Source: Bilabrum cf. latius (lineage: Eukaryota). From it: a stretch of 64,000 bases of DNA. The notes under the pieces were generated by a model that saw nothing but the letters and a program-made list of their open reading frames with translations, made no database searches and was not told where the DNA came from. Position 1 is the first letter of the stretch, and each line of letters starts with the position of its first letter. A program made the position numbers and the translations under genes. Location of the stretch: NCBI GenBank assembly GCA_965178125.1, contig OZ237737.1, positions 744,001 through 808,000 of the forward strand, in the 5' to 3' direction. Positions 1 to 13,209 of the stretch are shown here, in pieces.

Positions 1-1503
1 GCCGGTGGCGCGGGCGGGGAACGGGGCAAGGCAGACGGGGAGGCAGGAGTGCCCAGCATGGGTGACACGGAGAGAATTGCGGGAGCCTTGAGTGCCCTTG
101 CAGTGGCAGCCAGGTCGCTGGAATCTAGTGCAGCAAGTTTTGCAGCTGCCGTGAACCAGTGCGCCTCGGAAGCAGAGATGGACCGGGCCCTGCAGCACCT
201 TCATGCGCAGCTTCTTCGAGGCAACGCGCTTGCACCAGGCGCCGCTCTGCCCCCGCATGACGTGGTCGCACCTGGCCGCAAGCTGGGGTGGTGTATGCCG
301 GATGCAGCCCAGAGTGGCCCAAGCACAGCTGCAACGACCAAAGGCGGCACCATCGGCTGGGTGGTGATGTGGGACAGGCACGATCACCCACTCGCGATTC
401 GGCCGGTCGATAGTGCACCGCCATTGATCCGAGGCGCTGGCGCAGACGAGGCCGGCTCAAGCGCCAGCCCTGGGGACCCAGCAATAGCGACGTTAGTGCT
501 CGCTTGGGCATCGGGTGGTGCAGATGCAGCAGCAGCCCAGTCCAAACAGAGTGGTAGTAGTGTGGGCGATGGTGCTCCACGGAAAGCAAAACCGGCCAGA
601 AGACTCGTCAAACCTGGGGCAACACGTGCTTCCAAGATGCTGAAGCGAAAGCGTGCCATCGAAGCGACCATGATGGTGAAGCCAAAAGTAGAGAAGGGCG
701 AAGGCTAGGGCAAAGCAAGCTTCAGACGAGGCGGCTCCAGTGGCGCTTCATCGGAGGGCACCCCAGCCGGAGGGGGTTGCGCGGCTGGCATGCCAAGGGG
801 TGGCTCGGCTGGCCCGGGGGGAGAGTCCGGAGAGGCTGCTGCCGACTGGGAATGGGACAGCAGCGGGCCAACCCCTGCAATTCTTGCTCTCCATGGGATG
901 CACGTGCTTCTACCGGACCAGCTTTTGCTCTCAACAGGCATTGCGCAGGCTTCCAGTGGCAGTCCCATCATGATCGCTGGGGACGCTGTTGTGCCTGCAG
1001 ACGGTGCTTGCAGTGCGCTCGGGCTCGCCGCGAGGGTGGATCTGGGCCGGTGCCACGCGCCCAGGGAGTTGTACAGGATATCAGATGCGAGCGATGCGTT
1101 TGCGTTCGATTTGTTCCATTCGTGGTCCGCTGTCGGCGGCGCAAGAGGCGATGGATCCACACTTGCGGCAGTGGAACGCATCTCTTTCGTGTTTGCTGGG
1201 AGGGTTGCTGCGATCGAAGCACGGCGAAGGCTGAATGATGTCATTGGTAAGCTCAAGGAGGGGCAAAACGCGTTGTTGCTCCAAAGCTCGGAGCAAGCTG
1301 CCGATGAGGATAGGTGCGCGGAGGGTGTTGGGCAATAGCACATCGACGCTCCAGGTGAGATGCCAGACCTGTCAGCCGCCCCTCGAGAAACTGGCCGGCG
1401 GCTAACTATGACGAGACGATCATCAGCAGCCGTACGCCGGAGATAGGATGCGTTGGCTGCGCTTGTCGGTAAGCTCAAAGCCAGTCGAACAGACCAGGGC
1501 TGA
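1..1503 (+). CDS. Hypothetical protein, 5'-truncated by the window edge; 3 in-frame TAG
   Basis: ORFs 49..708 and 790..1338 share one frame, open from base 1. It is interrupted only by TAG at 706, 1336 and 1444 and ends at TGA 1501-1503. No family recognised. Confidence 0.65.
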
Positions 1504-2101
1504 CGGACGTGGCTGTGTCTCGACCCCAGCTCGCATGGCCTCAACTGTTACAATATACGGTTAAACGATATATTCAAATTCTCAATGGTTTCTATGAATA
1601 TGCAGTCAAAACAATCGTGACGCCGCACACTGGAGCAATTACAACCCTCGATCGGCCAGACTCTGGTGCCCGATGGACCCTGCAGGATCATGTCCCGATT
1701 GTCTTGGGCATCTTCATGTCTCCTTGCAATTTACCATCTATTGTTCGAACAGGCGAGTGCGCGCCGGCCAGTTTCTTGGTCTCTACGAATTCGATCTTGC
1801 CACGTGATGGAGTCCCCTCCGCCGCACTGTGTGTCGACGATTTGGTGCTAGGACTATGAGCCAATCCGCTGCCAAGCGGTCCCAAACACAATGCATCAGT
1901 TTCACAAGCACGTACGGGGGATGCCATGCCGCAACTTATTCGATCAACTACGTTTTTGAGGCCAGAACAATCCGAAACTCGAGAGCGCGCGAAAACAGCT
2001 CGTTACCACTCGCCTGTTTGCGCGGCGGTCGCACTCATCCTAGCGCAAGTCTCTCTTAACCACGAACGCGGAGCACCATCCGCGTACTTTCCAAGCATCA
2101 C

Positions 2102-3928
2102 TCATGCGTAGCGCAGGGGGAATCGCTCCTCGTTCTCGCCCACGCCCACGATCACGCTGCCCATGCCCTCGGGCGCAAAGCGGCGGCCGTCCCGCCCGAA
2201 CAGAGACAGGTCCCTTGCCGTCAGGTCAAACTTAACCGTCTGCGATTCCCCGGGCTGCAGGAACACCTTGGTGAAGTCCACCAGGTACTTGAGCGGGTTG
2301 CCGTCCTCGCCGGCCTTGGGCGGGGTCACGAAGAAGAGCACAGAGTCCGCAGCTGCCACGCTACCCGTGTTGGTCACCGTCACGCTGGCAGACGCGAGCG
2401 CGGGCAGGTCCTTGCGCAGGGGTGCGGCTTCAGCCCAGGTGGGATACGCCGCGGCGAAGCTCCTCAGGGAGTCCCTGCTGGCGCGCATCTCTCCCTCGCG
2501 GATCGCGTCCTGGGACCAAGTGTACTTGAAGGTGGTGTACGAGAGGCCGGTCCCGAACTCGTACACGGGCTGTCCCGTGTAGAAGCGGTAGGAGCGGCCG
2601 GGGTATCCCTTGGAGGGATCGGGGCGCACGTCCTGGTTGAACATGGACACGTTGTTCACGTAGCTGCCGGGGTACATGGTCTGCGCCAGCCTGCCCGAGG
2701 GCACGCTGAGCCCGAACACGGTGCGCGCGATGGCGTCTCCACCGGACTGGCCGGGGTATCCCGCCCACATGATGGCGGTGATCTGGTCGGAGCCCTTGGC
2801 GAAGGTAAGGTCCACCATGCCTCCGCCCAGCACGACGAGGATCACGGGCTTGCCCTGCGCAGCGGCAGCCACCTCCGTGATCAGGTCCTGCTGCACGCCG
2901 GGCAGCACGAGGATGTCACGGTCGTGGCCCTCCCTCTCCTGCGACTGGTCCAGGCCCACCACCAGCACCACTGCGTCCGACACCTTGGCGGCGCCCACGG
3001 CCGCGTTGAAGCCGCTCTTGTCCTGCGAGCTGATGTCGCATCCCTTCTCGTAGTGCACGCTGGCCATCTTGGCGAAGCCCTCTCAAGCACGGCGTACGTC
3101 TCTGCTTCAGACAGGCTCGACAACAGGAGGAGTGCCAAATTTGGTACCATTGGCGAGTATCGCAGCCCGTGCAACTACGCCAGCACGCAGACAACTCGAT
3201 CATGCGCTGCACTTATTTCAACTGATGGCTGAGAGAGCAGTCCGAGCGCCGACTCTGGAAGCACCGTCGGTGCAACGCCTAAAAAAGGTATCTGCGGCGA
3301 GCATCGCGGACTTGACGAGGTGAGTACAGTTGAAGAANNNNNNNNNNNNNNNNNNNNNNNNNNNNNNNNNNNNNNNNNNNNNNNNNNNNNNNNNNNNNNN
3401 NNNNNNNNNNNNNNNNNNNNNNNNNNNNNNNNNNNNNNNNNNNNNNNNNNNNNNNNNNNNNNNNNNNNNNNNNNNNNNNNNNNNNNNNNNNNNNNNNNNN
3501 NNNNNNNNNNNNNNNNNNNNNNNNNNNNNNNNNNNNNAAGGGAGGTCACCTCCGAAATGAACTCCAGGTGAGTGTGCGACTCCATGGAGAGCTTCAGACC
3601 TGCGACAGAATGAGAGCGTAAATCTTCTCCCAATTGAGTTGCAGATGCAGGTACCGTCGAGCCTGGCCATGGCATTTTCAATTCAGACTCACCACCACTG
3701 GTATCCGGGAAAGTTCACGCTCTGTGCCGAATCAGCGCCATTTACGAACAGCCCAGGCAACTCTTCCTACTGCAGACGGCTGACGAGGTCCGTGGCCCGA
3801 TCTTCCGTCGATTTGCTTGGATCGCAAAAAGGCATGCTCTTGTACGGATCTGCGCCGCATGGATTGGTCCATGCATGAACAGCAGAAATTGCTGCGGATG
3901 CAGCGATGATTGCGGCTGTGGTCCTCAT
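2102..3928 (-). CDS. Glycoside hydrolase family 3 beta-D-xylosidase-like protein (signal peptide, C-terminal Fn3-like domain); middle lost in assembly gap
   Basis: ATG 3928 gives signal peptide MRTTAAIIAASAAISAVHA, then PFCDPSKSTEDRATDLVSRLQ*EE (TAG 3767). Intron 3600..3692 restores YQWW|SEALHGV. The C-terminal exon has GLDQSQEREGHDR, WAGYPGQSGGDAIA, YPGRSYRFY, FGTGLSYTTF and VTVTNTG, ending at TGA 2102. Confidence 0.9.
3338..3537. other. Scaffold gap (200 N)
   Basis: Run of N. The GH3 catalytic core is missing, so the true gap is probably much longer than 200 bp. Confidence 0.99.
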
Positions 3929-4379
3929 GACAAACCGATCTGACATTAGCGTATCGACGCGTCCAAGAAAACTCATTTATCGATGTGTACGCTACAATGA
4001 ACAGCACAACGCGTGCATCTGGGTGCTTGTGGAATCTTTACCCAACGCGTGCTTGACCCGTTGAACTGTTAGCTCATGCCACCAAAGCACAAATGCTGAA
4101 CTGATATAATAGATACATGCATATTGGGCGTCTTGAATGGGCAAAGGAGAGCAGGAACGCACCCGTGGCACTTAAGCAAGGCCTCGCTCCGCCGACACTC
4201 GATTGCAATGCAAGGTGCCAGTTGTTGCAAGGGGGGGTTACTCAGAAGCCAAGAGTGAGCCGACCCGACCGATACCATTGGCCCATACTGCTACTGCCCA
4301 ACGCAATCCAGCGAAATCACAGAGGATTCGGCCATATACCTGGCCATCCAGCCGTGCAGCCGGCCACCCCCTGCCCAGC

Positions 4380-6512
4380 TCAGTTCTTGTAGTAGTTCAC
4401 GATGTTTCGGACCGCGTTGATGGTCCCCGTGATCATGACCACCACTCCCACGAGGATGCAGGTGCAGCAGATGACCCAGTGGTACCAGTCCGCCTTGCCC
4501 GCCCTCCCGAACGTGAACAGGAACAGGAGAGGTGGGATCACGAACCCAACAATCGTCATCATGAAGGACCCGATCAGGTCCGCAAAGAGCTCAAAGTTGG
4601 GCACGGCCCACGCCACCACGCACGTGAGCAGCACCAGGCCGGCCCTCAGGCCCCTGTGTGACCACGCCCGCAAGCTCGTCAGGTCCTCTGCCACAGCCCG
4701 CCAGTCCGCCTGCGTCATCCCCAGCATGTCCCTCTCGGCACCGTCATCTCCTCCCCCTTGCCCCTCCTCTCTACCACCGCTGCCAACGCCCCCCGCCCTG
4801 AGTGGCACCTGCTCATACTCCTGCGCGTGCCGCCCCGCCTGCACCGATGGGCTGTCCTCCCCCTGCCCCTGCCCCTGCCCCTGCCCCTGCCGGTCCCCCT
4901 ACCCCTCGCCCACGCTCCTGCCATGCCTCTCGACCCTTTCCTCCAGCCCACTGCTGCCTGACCTCGACAGCGCCAACCGCACCCGACCCACCCGTCCTTC
5001 CGCCTTGCTCTCGCCATCGCTGACCGCCCCTGCCTCGCCTGGGCCAGTCTCCTCCTGGTCGCTGAGCACGGCGGCAGCGGCGCCGTCGCGCGCAGCCGCC
5101 GCGTCCTCGAGACTGATCCCGCTGGACTTCCGCAGGGAATCCTCCCACTGGTCCCCCAGCTGCAGCTGCTCCTTGGACCTCTGCTTGCGCTCCGTGGCGG
5201 GCGACCGGAGCGCGAGCTGGAAGCCTTGTTCCGCGGCGCTGGCACCGTCCCCCTCCGACTCGTCGCTGCCCTCTGCGTCTTCCAGGGCTCCCTCGTCCTC
5301 TGCCTTCTCGTCTCCAAAGAGTTTCCTCTCTAGGATCTCGGCGGCAGGGAAGAGAGTCAGCGCGTGCGTGAAGATCAGGCTCGCCACAAGTGCGAGCTGC
5401 ACGGTGATGGTCGCGGTGGCTCCCGGCGCGAAGCAGTCCGTGATGATCGGGCAGCTCCCAAGCCCCGCACCGTACGCAAACGCGCCAAAGGCAGAGCAGC
5501 TGATCGAGTAGAGGGTCATGCCCCATCCCATGACAGGGAATCCACTGTTGGGGTGCTTCAGTGACGCCTCCACCGGCAGCACCAGGTTGATCCCCTCTAG
5601 GGAATACACCGATACACCGATAAACCCCACTATGCCCATAATTTTCAACCCTCCATCTGGAAGGTGCACGCCTGGAGGTACGATACCATCCGTTGGGTGC
5701 GTCAAGGTCTCACCCCCATCGTAGTAGGAGATTCCCATGACACCCCCAACGTACACAATAAGGCCAACGAAACTAAGCACCCACAAATCCTTGAGCTTAC
5801 GTATCCAAGCAAATAAAATGAGGACTGGAAGCGCAGAGAAGATCAACCCAGCACGCGTTGCACCGACCCCGAACGACTCGAAGGCGTCGAGAGCGTTCTG
5901 CGCGCCCACGATGATGAATCCGCTGCAAAACGCAAGCTCCAGGAAGACCACCTAGAAATCTACGATAAATTCCCCCCATGGCCCAAACACGGCTTTACCA
6001 ACCTCAGGGTACGTGACAATATGCTGCCCCCCCGGCTTTGCATTCAGCATGTGCTTCACTCGAATCAGAAGAAGCATTCCGTACGTCACCATGGCACCAA
6101 TACAGAGGTAAATTACAATGCCTAACCATACCCCTGTTTTGGCGAATGCGTTGGGGATTGAGAGAATGCCTGCGGGACGTTGCGAAGAGAGAATTACGCA
6201 TTTAGATTCATTTCGCTACTTTCTGCCATATATCCAAGGCCAATGGACACACGGCTCACCTGCTCCGAAGAGACCTTTCACAAAGTTGAAGAATCCGGCG
6301 AACGCGCCGCCACCGTGCGGCCTATCAGGGAGCTTGTCACCACTGTTCGTGATCACCGCTGGGTTCACCTTCGGTGCGTCTGTGCTGGCCTACGGAAGCA
6401 AAGATTTGGTTTCGTGCACACTAGGCTCCAGCATTGTCTGCCTTTGTTGCAATGTATTCTGTTGGTCTCGTTCAATAGTTGATCCAGCGGTGTCAGAGTC
6501 GCTAGGTTGCAT
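4380..6512 (-). CDS. Amino acid/auxin permease (AAAP / SLC36-like) amino acid transporter
   Basis: ATG 6512. Intron 6170..6259 restores FFNFVKGLFGA|GILSIPNAF. Motifs TYPEVGKAVFG, YSLEGINLVLPVEASLKHP, VPNFELFADLIGS and GFVIPP, with many hydrophobic helices. TAG at 6390, 5952 and 4899; TGA at 4380. Confidence 0.9.
4860..4904 (-). repeat. Coding hexamer microsatellite (GGGCAG)n encoding Gly-Gln repeats
   Basis: The minus strand reads G E G * G D R Q G Q G Q G Q G Q G, with one GGG-TAG-GGG unit next to GGG-CAG-GGG units. Confidence 0.8.
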
Positions 6513-6638
6513 GAATATGGTTTGGCTGGGTCCGGTCCACGAATATCCGCGACGGTGTGACGAACGCCTTCGCGGGATTGGAGCGCTGCGCTCCAATGAC
6601 ACACAAGAAGGTATGCATTCGCGTGAAGGATACATTTA

Positions 6639-7400
6639 TCACCCAAATCCCCCCTTGCCCGTCCCAGACGTGCTCGCGAGACCTCCGAACCCGGCTTTGG
6701 AGGTCGGCGCCCTGCCAGCCGGTGCCTTCATCCCCTAGCCACGGGACCCAACTGGCCCAGCACTCCTCCCAAGGGTGGCCTACCCCTTTGCCTTCATAGA
6801 TCGCTGGAAAGCAGTCCCTTTGGGCACCTGCAAGTGGGGCTTGCTACCCGCCGTCATGTCGTAGCCCCTGCTCGCCTTGAGATCTCGGCCAGTGATTGCT
6901 TTCCTGTGCGTTGCCTCAGCCTTCTTTGTTTTAATTGTACGATCTTTGCTATCCCCGACGAACGTTGCAACCCCGCCGCTGGCAAGACCCAGCCTGTGCC
7001 TGAGATCCGCAGCAATCGCCTCCCTCTCCTTTAAAGAGGCTTCGATTGGCGCAATTCTAGCGAGAGTCTCACGCTCTTGGCGCTCTAGATCAGCTAATTT
7101 AGCAGTGTCACTCGCAACCTATGCGAGCACTTGCCTTTGCGCCTTTCGTATTCCCTTGATCAACTCGTCCAGCCGCTTCACACGTCGCACCGCATGGTCT
7201 GGAACCTTAGATGCCTCTTTTAACTTCCGGAGAAGCTCCTTCATTTCTTTCTGCGTACGCGAGGCGTGCATAGGCTCGATAACACGGTGTATCATGCTCC
7301 ATACAATATGTTGCAAAGGAGTATGCGGAGCCGAACCTACCTCTTTCTGGGATTCATCCTTTCTAGATGCTGTTCTCCTGGCCCCAGATGGCGCAGACAT
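6639..7400 (-). CDS. Hypothetical basic, probably coiled-coil protein (about 253 aa)
   Basis: ATG 7400; frame interrupted only by TAG at 7119, 6780 and 6735; ends TGA (6639) followed immediately by TAA (6636). K/R/E/L-rich helical central part. Confidence 0.65.
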
Positions 7401-7552
7401 GTCTAATGATTCAGATATGATGCTGGATGTGTGGAGTACTTGGTTGTGGCTAGCTTGCAGTAGGAAGGAAGGAAAGGCAACGGAAACTACATTGGTGCAC
7501 TGCACTGCCTTCAGTGCAAGCCCAAGACCGCTGGCATCCGTATGGCGCCGAA

Positions 7553-10500
7553 TCAAGCCCTCCCATAGTACACGGGAAGCTCAAAGACTGCAGTGGTCAC
7601 ATTCGTCCCACCGCGACCGCCGTCGAAGACAGCAGCATCACCTTGGTCCGCCGCGCACCGGTAGATCTGGTCCATCGCGTTGGCCAGCACGAATCCCGTC
7701 GAGTTCGTGAAGCGATACACGGCGTTGGGTCCCATCGAGGGGTACGAAGGAGGGCCTGCTGCGCTCCCCGTGTTCACCAGTCCCCCGTGCCCGATGGAGG
7801 AGAAGCCCGTCGAGTCCCTCACCCACATGACAGTGTCGAGACTCTCGCTCTTGACACCGTACACCTCCACGTGGCCCACGTCCCTGAACTCGCTCTGCGC
7901 CTCGCAGGTGCAGTGCTCCGAGTTGAGCTGGTAGAAAGCCACACGGTGCTGCCCCGTGCCCGACACGAGCATCTTGCGGTACAGGGGGTGCTGGTGCTGG
8001 GGGGCGCTGTTCCTGTGCCCGTCTTCCTGGTACCACGTGTGCCACCGGAGCTCGTCGAGCCCACCCGCGTCGTCACTCGAGTCCGCTGAAGTCGCAGTAC
8101 CCTCCGCCGTGACGGTCGCCAGAGCATGCGCGTACCCTGGCGCCTGCCAGAAAATGTCAGAGCACCTCGCGTTGAAGAACCACGAGCCGCACACTGGCAC
8201 ATTTGTGGCCCACACCTGCCTGGCATTGCCGTAGGCAGGCATAAATGCCCCCGCGCGGGCGTCAGCCGCGCTTGCGTTCTTCTGACTTCCCAGCGTCCAC
8301 TGGACGGCTGACACGTTCACGGTCGACAGCGGGATGGTGATCTGCAGCCCGAACAGCGCCGTGGTAGGGCTGCTGCCAGGGCCTGCTGCAGGCTCGGGAG
8401 GTGTTTGCTGCACTATGCTGCCGTCATACTCGGCAGCTTCACCCCCGAGCAGCAGCACTGGGGGTGCACCGGGGTCCACAGCAGCCGGTGCACCGGGTCG
8501 TGGCCCCTCGAACATCGTGTTGTTTGGGACCAGCGTGACGTACTGCCTTGCGATCCCGCCGATGCTGACGCCTGCAGGCACGTGGATCGTCCTGCTCACG
8601 CGGTAGGTCCCGCGCGGAAGAAACACAACCCCGCTCACCTAGCCCGCGCTGCGACGCGGACTGCCACTGTTTAGCTACGCGTACGCAAGCTTGACTGCGC
8701 GCTCGAGGGCGTCCGTGTCATCGGTAACCCCGTCACCCAGAGCGCCTGCGTCTGCTTTCGCGTTCACCGCCCCCTGCGTCCAGGGCCCAGGGAAATTGGC
8801 GTTCGAGCCCCATGAATGCCTTGCCAGCAGCTCCTCCACGCCAGCAGCAGCGGGAACTCCCACGGTCACGTTGTACACGGACGGAATCGCCTCCCTTGGC
8901 TGCTTCCTGCCGTCCTTGTACGTTGGCATGGTCAGGTGTTGCTGCGGGCAGGGAGATTCGTCCCCGAAGAAGTCTACCCCAACTGCCAGCTCTGCCACGT
9001 GCGTCCACTGGCCAGACTGCCTGCTGGACCCGGCAGCCAGCTTAAAAGAGTCCGATCCAGGTCCGGTGGCGTTGGTCACCTCGACTGCAACGTAGCTACC
9101 AGTCCATTCGCTCCAGCTGTGAGCGCCGCGGACAGCCCCGCGCGAGCCGTCACCTTGCCCCTCCACGAATACGTTTCTCAGGTACAGCGATCGCTGGGAC
9201 TGCAGCACGCCCGCCCTCTTCCATGGCCCCTCTATCCGCCCCTCTGACAGGCCCAGGGTGCCTGACTGCCAAGCCTCTGCCTGCTGATGATTCACAGAAG
9301 GAGGCAGCTTGTTGGGGCACGCACCGCCGCTTTCAGCCTCCGAGGGGAGCACGCCACCCGCCCCTGTAAATCCACCGGTTTGCGCGCCAATGACGGCTGG
9401 TCCCTGAGTCATTGGCCCCGCCTGTGCGTGCAGACCTGCCATGGACAGCGTCTCTAGCCCGGCGTGCAGCAGCCCGGCACAGCTGCTGTTGAAGATCCTT
9501 ACGTTGGAAGCAGTGGGCGCAGGCTGGGACTCCCTCGCGTCGAAACCGATGCGAAACCCCGATACGGTCAGGTTAGAGTGCGCGCCCCCGCTCCCCGAGC
9601 AGCCCTGAATGCCCGCAAAGGCGTCCCCCGCGGGGTTGAATGCGGCCACGTCCTCCAGAGACGACCCCTGGGCGCCACGCATCCGAAACCCAACAGCCCC
9701 GGGATTGTCCTCGCCGATCAGCACGTCGATGGACTAAACCACTGAGCTCATAAGAATGCTTGACTGCAGGCTGTTCAGGTGGTTTATCATCGAGGCGTTC
9801 AACACAGCAAGGGGGTATGCAGGGGGTCCGGAAGCGAATGCCGGCGTGCTTGCCGGCACCCAGATGGTTGCCCTGCCTTTCCGTGGCAACGCATCGTGAG
9901 GCCCGGCATCTCTGAGCACCTGCCCTCGGATGTTTGGCGTGCGGAACCGGTTGTTGTAGTTCGATGTTGCTGCGAGGACGAGCGTGGAGGCATGCACCAT
10001 GACCAGACATTACATGATGCACGCTTCAAGTAGGCCGGGGAGCACGGGAATTGCACACAAAGGCTTCTTACTGTTGTGCGCTGCAAAACCATTAACTTCC
10101 ATCCTCTGGCGCTGGATGGCCCTCAGTCCATCGGTCACCTTGTACACGCCGGCTGGCAGCCAGACAGACATGTAGTTGTCCATCGCAAAATCGATCGCAG
10201 CCTGCAGCGCCAGCGTGGAGTCCTGCGTCCCAGCCGGGTCGGCAGCGAACGGAAGCTTCGTCACGTCCAGTACTCCGTCCGCGGTCCCGGCATCCCAGCC
10301 AGTCGCAGCCCCTGGCTGGCCTCGCTAGTGCCACGTGCCCATCTGTCCGATGTCCCACGAGATGGTGCCGCTCTGGTCCGAGATGGGAGCCGCGACACCT
10401 GCCGCAGCACCGGGTCGGAGCGTGTTCGCGACAGACACAGCGCCTATCGACACGTTTCCTGCGCCCATGGCTTGCGCCCGCAACACTGCCTCTCCAGTGG

Positions 10501-11491
10501 TGTCCCCACAGCCACCCTCGTCCTGCCAGTCAAGGCCGTGCGGCACAACGGGAGTCTTGCCGGTGGCACTGGAGGCACCACCGCCGCATTGGAACCCGGC
10601 CGAAGCGCCCCGTGCGCTCACATCCATGTACAGCTGCGCCCCATCGCTGCCATTCACGCATCCTGCGGGCACGTCAAGCTGCGCGAGGAGGGCCGGTGGC
10701 TGGCCGTGGTATCGTCTCGCGGCCAGTTTCACGCTGACGTTTGACTCTCCCGGGGCAGCACCCGGTATCTCTATCCATATCCCGGCCTGCGTAGCCGTGG
10801 TTGCATATTCCGCATCAAGCTTTCGCTGGAGGCCCCCGAACTTGTGCGGGGCGGGGATGAGCGGCAGGTAGTGGCGGGGAGGCGTCCAGCCGGATACCGC
10901 AAGGCTGGTTCGCGTAGGGATCGCCAACCCCAGCGACAGCGACGCTCCACTCGGGACTTTAACCGCATCTGCAGACATTGACAACTCAAACCGAGCCCAT
11001 GCGAAAGTGCGTCCAGCGAACGGCACGCCCGAGATGCCGCAAGGCTCGGGTTGAGCCCCAATGACAGTGCGGCCGCCCACACGCTCCACAGAGCATCCTC
11101 CGCGTCCATCCAATTCCCACGCTTCTCTCCATTCGTTAGAATCGCTTACATTAGGCTGCTTAAAGTCGTCCTAGAACACAGTCATCCCTCCAACGAAGCG
11201 AACAGGCCGAGCAAGATCGATCGCTTGGATTTGGATTCTACCATTTGCACTGTCTGCTACTTCGTAATCGCCAGGAACCGCAAGGCCCACGAGCTAGCAT
11301 GTCGTGGTATTGATCCGTTTCACGGCTGGAGATGCACCAAGTGGCGAAAATCGCACTCGTGCATCTGCGCCGCAGGCAAACGGCTGGCTTAGGTTTGCTT
11401 GGACTGACGTTGTGGCGAAAAGTGGCCGATTGTCTTGCCCACTGACCAGAGCTACTGCGGTTGCTGCCAAGATTACGCGCACCAAGATCAT
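7553..11491 (-). CDS. Secreted pectate_lyase_3 / GH55-like beta-helix protein (about 1278 aa)
   Basis: Signal peptide MILVRVILAATAVALVSG at ATG 11491. Two Pectate_lyase_3-type N-cap motifs: DVTKLPFAADPAGTQDSTLALQAAID..VWLPAGVYKVTD and GALGDGVTDDTDALERAV..VVFLPRGTYRVSRTI. Intron 9970..10071. TAG at 11294, 11171, 10325, 9734, 8675 and 8639; TGA 7553. Confidence 0.8.
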
Positions 11492-11643
11492 TGTAGATGG
11501 CTGGCTGTATTTGAGCGTCACTCTTGGTGATCCTTTGCCCTGTGCAGAGATCCGAATCGGATCCGCTTCACTTTTCAAGTTCAACAAGTTGTGGGACAGT
11601 ACCCACGGGAGGGCGGACCTGCTGCTGCCCCGCGGTGTGGCCC

Positions 11644-13008
11644 TCACGTCGTCAAGCCCCCAGATATTACATGCACCGGCTGGCAGTACACGTCTTCCCT
11701 GGAATGCTCAAGCAGCGGCATCCTCTTGCGCAGATCCTCCCTGAGCCACCGCAGATCTATCTCGGCAACTGCGATCCCAGGCTTCCCGTGCCTCGGTGCC
11801 TGCGCCACTACGTCTCCCCATGGCGACACGATCATCGCGTGGCCCCAGGAGACCCGCGGGGGCACTGATGCGTCACCAGAACTGGCATGTGAGCCCGTCT
11901 GAGCGGCTGCCAGCACGTAGCACTGAGTCTCGATGGCCCGGGCCCGCAGCAGGACTTCCCAGTGTGCAGCGCCCGTGGGCACGGTGAAGGCACTCGGCAC
12001 CGTGAGAAGATCGCAGCCCGCACGTCTCAGCGCGGCAAACTGCATCGGAAATCGAACGTCGTAGCAGGTTGTCAGCCCGATCCTCCCCAGCATGGGCCCC
12101 GCATCCACAGCCACCATGGCCTGGCCGGGGGCAGTGAAGCGGCTCTCGCCCAGGCTGGGCATGGACCCGGGGGCTGGGCCGGGCGCAGAGGGTGTGACCT
12201 CCCCTCCAGGGGATCGGCCCTGGGATGCAGACGATCGTGTTTCAGATGCGCCCGTAGATACCTGGCCCGCCGGGCTGCCGCTCGCCGAGGCTGCCCCCGA
12301 TTCCACGACCAACGACGCGCCTCCTGCGGCCGAGTCAGCTGACCGGGCGGCAGCCGCGAGAGAGGCTTCTTCATCATGCCGCGTTTCCTTGCCAAGTGTA
12401 GTGTGGTGTGGCTTTGCTGCCACGGGCTAAGCCTGGTTGAAATCGAACAGGTGAACTTTGCGGTACACGGCGAGCAGCGTGCCAGTGGGGTCGAAAACAA
12501 GCTGGGAGTTGAAGCACTTGCCCTTGTCATCAGGTACTACTACTGAACTGCACGGTGGAGCTTGTCCACATGTGTCTGGATCTCCTGTCGAGTGCTGTGC
12601 TAATTGCCGCCCAGCGAGCTTTGCAGCAGCTGTCTGTCCGCCGCCCAACTGCTCAGCAGCCACTTCCCCACTGGCATCGCCCCGCAGGTAGTCCATGCCC
12701 ATGACGTCCTCACGTGGATCCTCATGCATTCCACCGGCGATGACCCACATCGTGTGCGCTTTGGCTATCGAACTGCATGCAGATGCCAAGAAACCCTTGT
12801 CAACTGGCTCTCTCGCTTCTGCGCTTGCTCCTGAGACTGGGCTGATGAAACCAAAGCATTCCGGAAGGACAAGTAGAGAGACGCCTCGAGATGCAGCTTG
12901 ACTGGCTAGCTACTGTGCCTGTGCCATGTTTGTCTCTTTGCAATCTGTGCTGCACATTTGAGCCACGGCGACGAGGCAGCCATCCCTGCCAGGATCACTT
13001 GGCAGCAT
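11644..13008 (-). CDS. NIT1: Carbon-nitrogen hydrolase, Nit1-like (deaminated glutathione amidase family), about 454 aa
   Basis: VAVAQMCST; catalytic triad in LVLPECFGF (E), YRKVHLFD (K) and TTCYDVRFP (C); VPSAFTVPTGAAHWEVLLRARAIETQCYVLAAAQ; SWGHAMIVSPWG. TAG at 12910 and 12427; TGA 11644. Confidence 0.88.
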
Positions 13009-13209
13009 GTGCCTACGCCTCGCTGAATTATCGCTTGTATCTTCTCATTTGGTTTGATCGACGGCGTACTGACGAACGAATCTTGATTTTGGACTTGCCG
13101 GTTCCGCAATGCCAAAGTGTGGTGCGCCGTGGTGCGGCGCGGCGCCACGAAGCGAGCGCAGCTTGGTGTGGCCGCTCACCGTCAAGGGTCCTATCGACGG
13201 ACTTCTGCC

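Noticed and set aside
1509-2100. Short ORFs between the first gene and the GH3 gene
   Set aside because: Lower GC, no motifs and non-ATG or weak starts; most likely 3' UTRs or intergenic DNA between convergent genes.
3082-3337. Sequence between the gap and the GH3 C-terminal exon as GH3 coding
   Set aside because: No frame gives a recognisable GH3 motif and a TGA lies just upstream of the exon. Probably intronic or mis-joined at the gap edge; cannot be resolved here.
10010-10012. Apparent in-frame TAA in the pectate-lyase-fold gene, suggesting TAA recoding
   Set aside because: It lies inside a predicted 102-nt intron (9970..10071, GTAAGA...CGCAG on the minus strand) whose removal keeps the frame.
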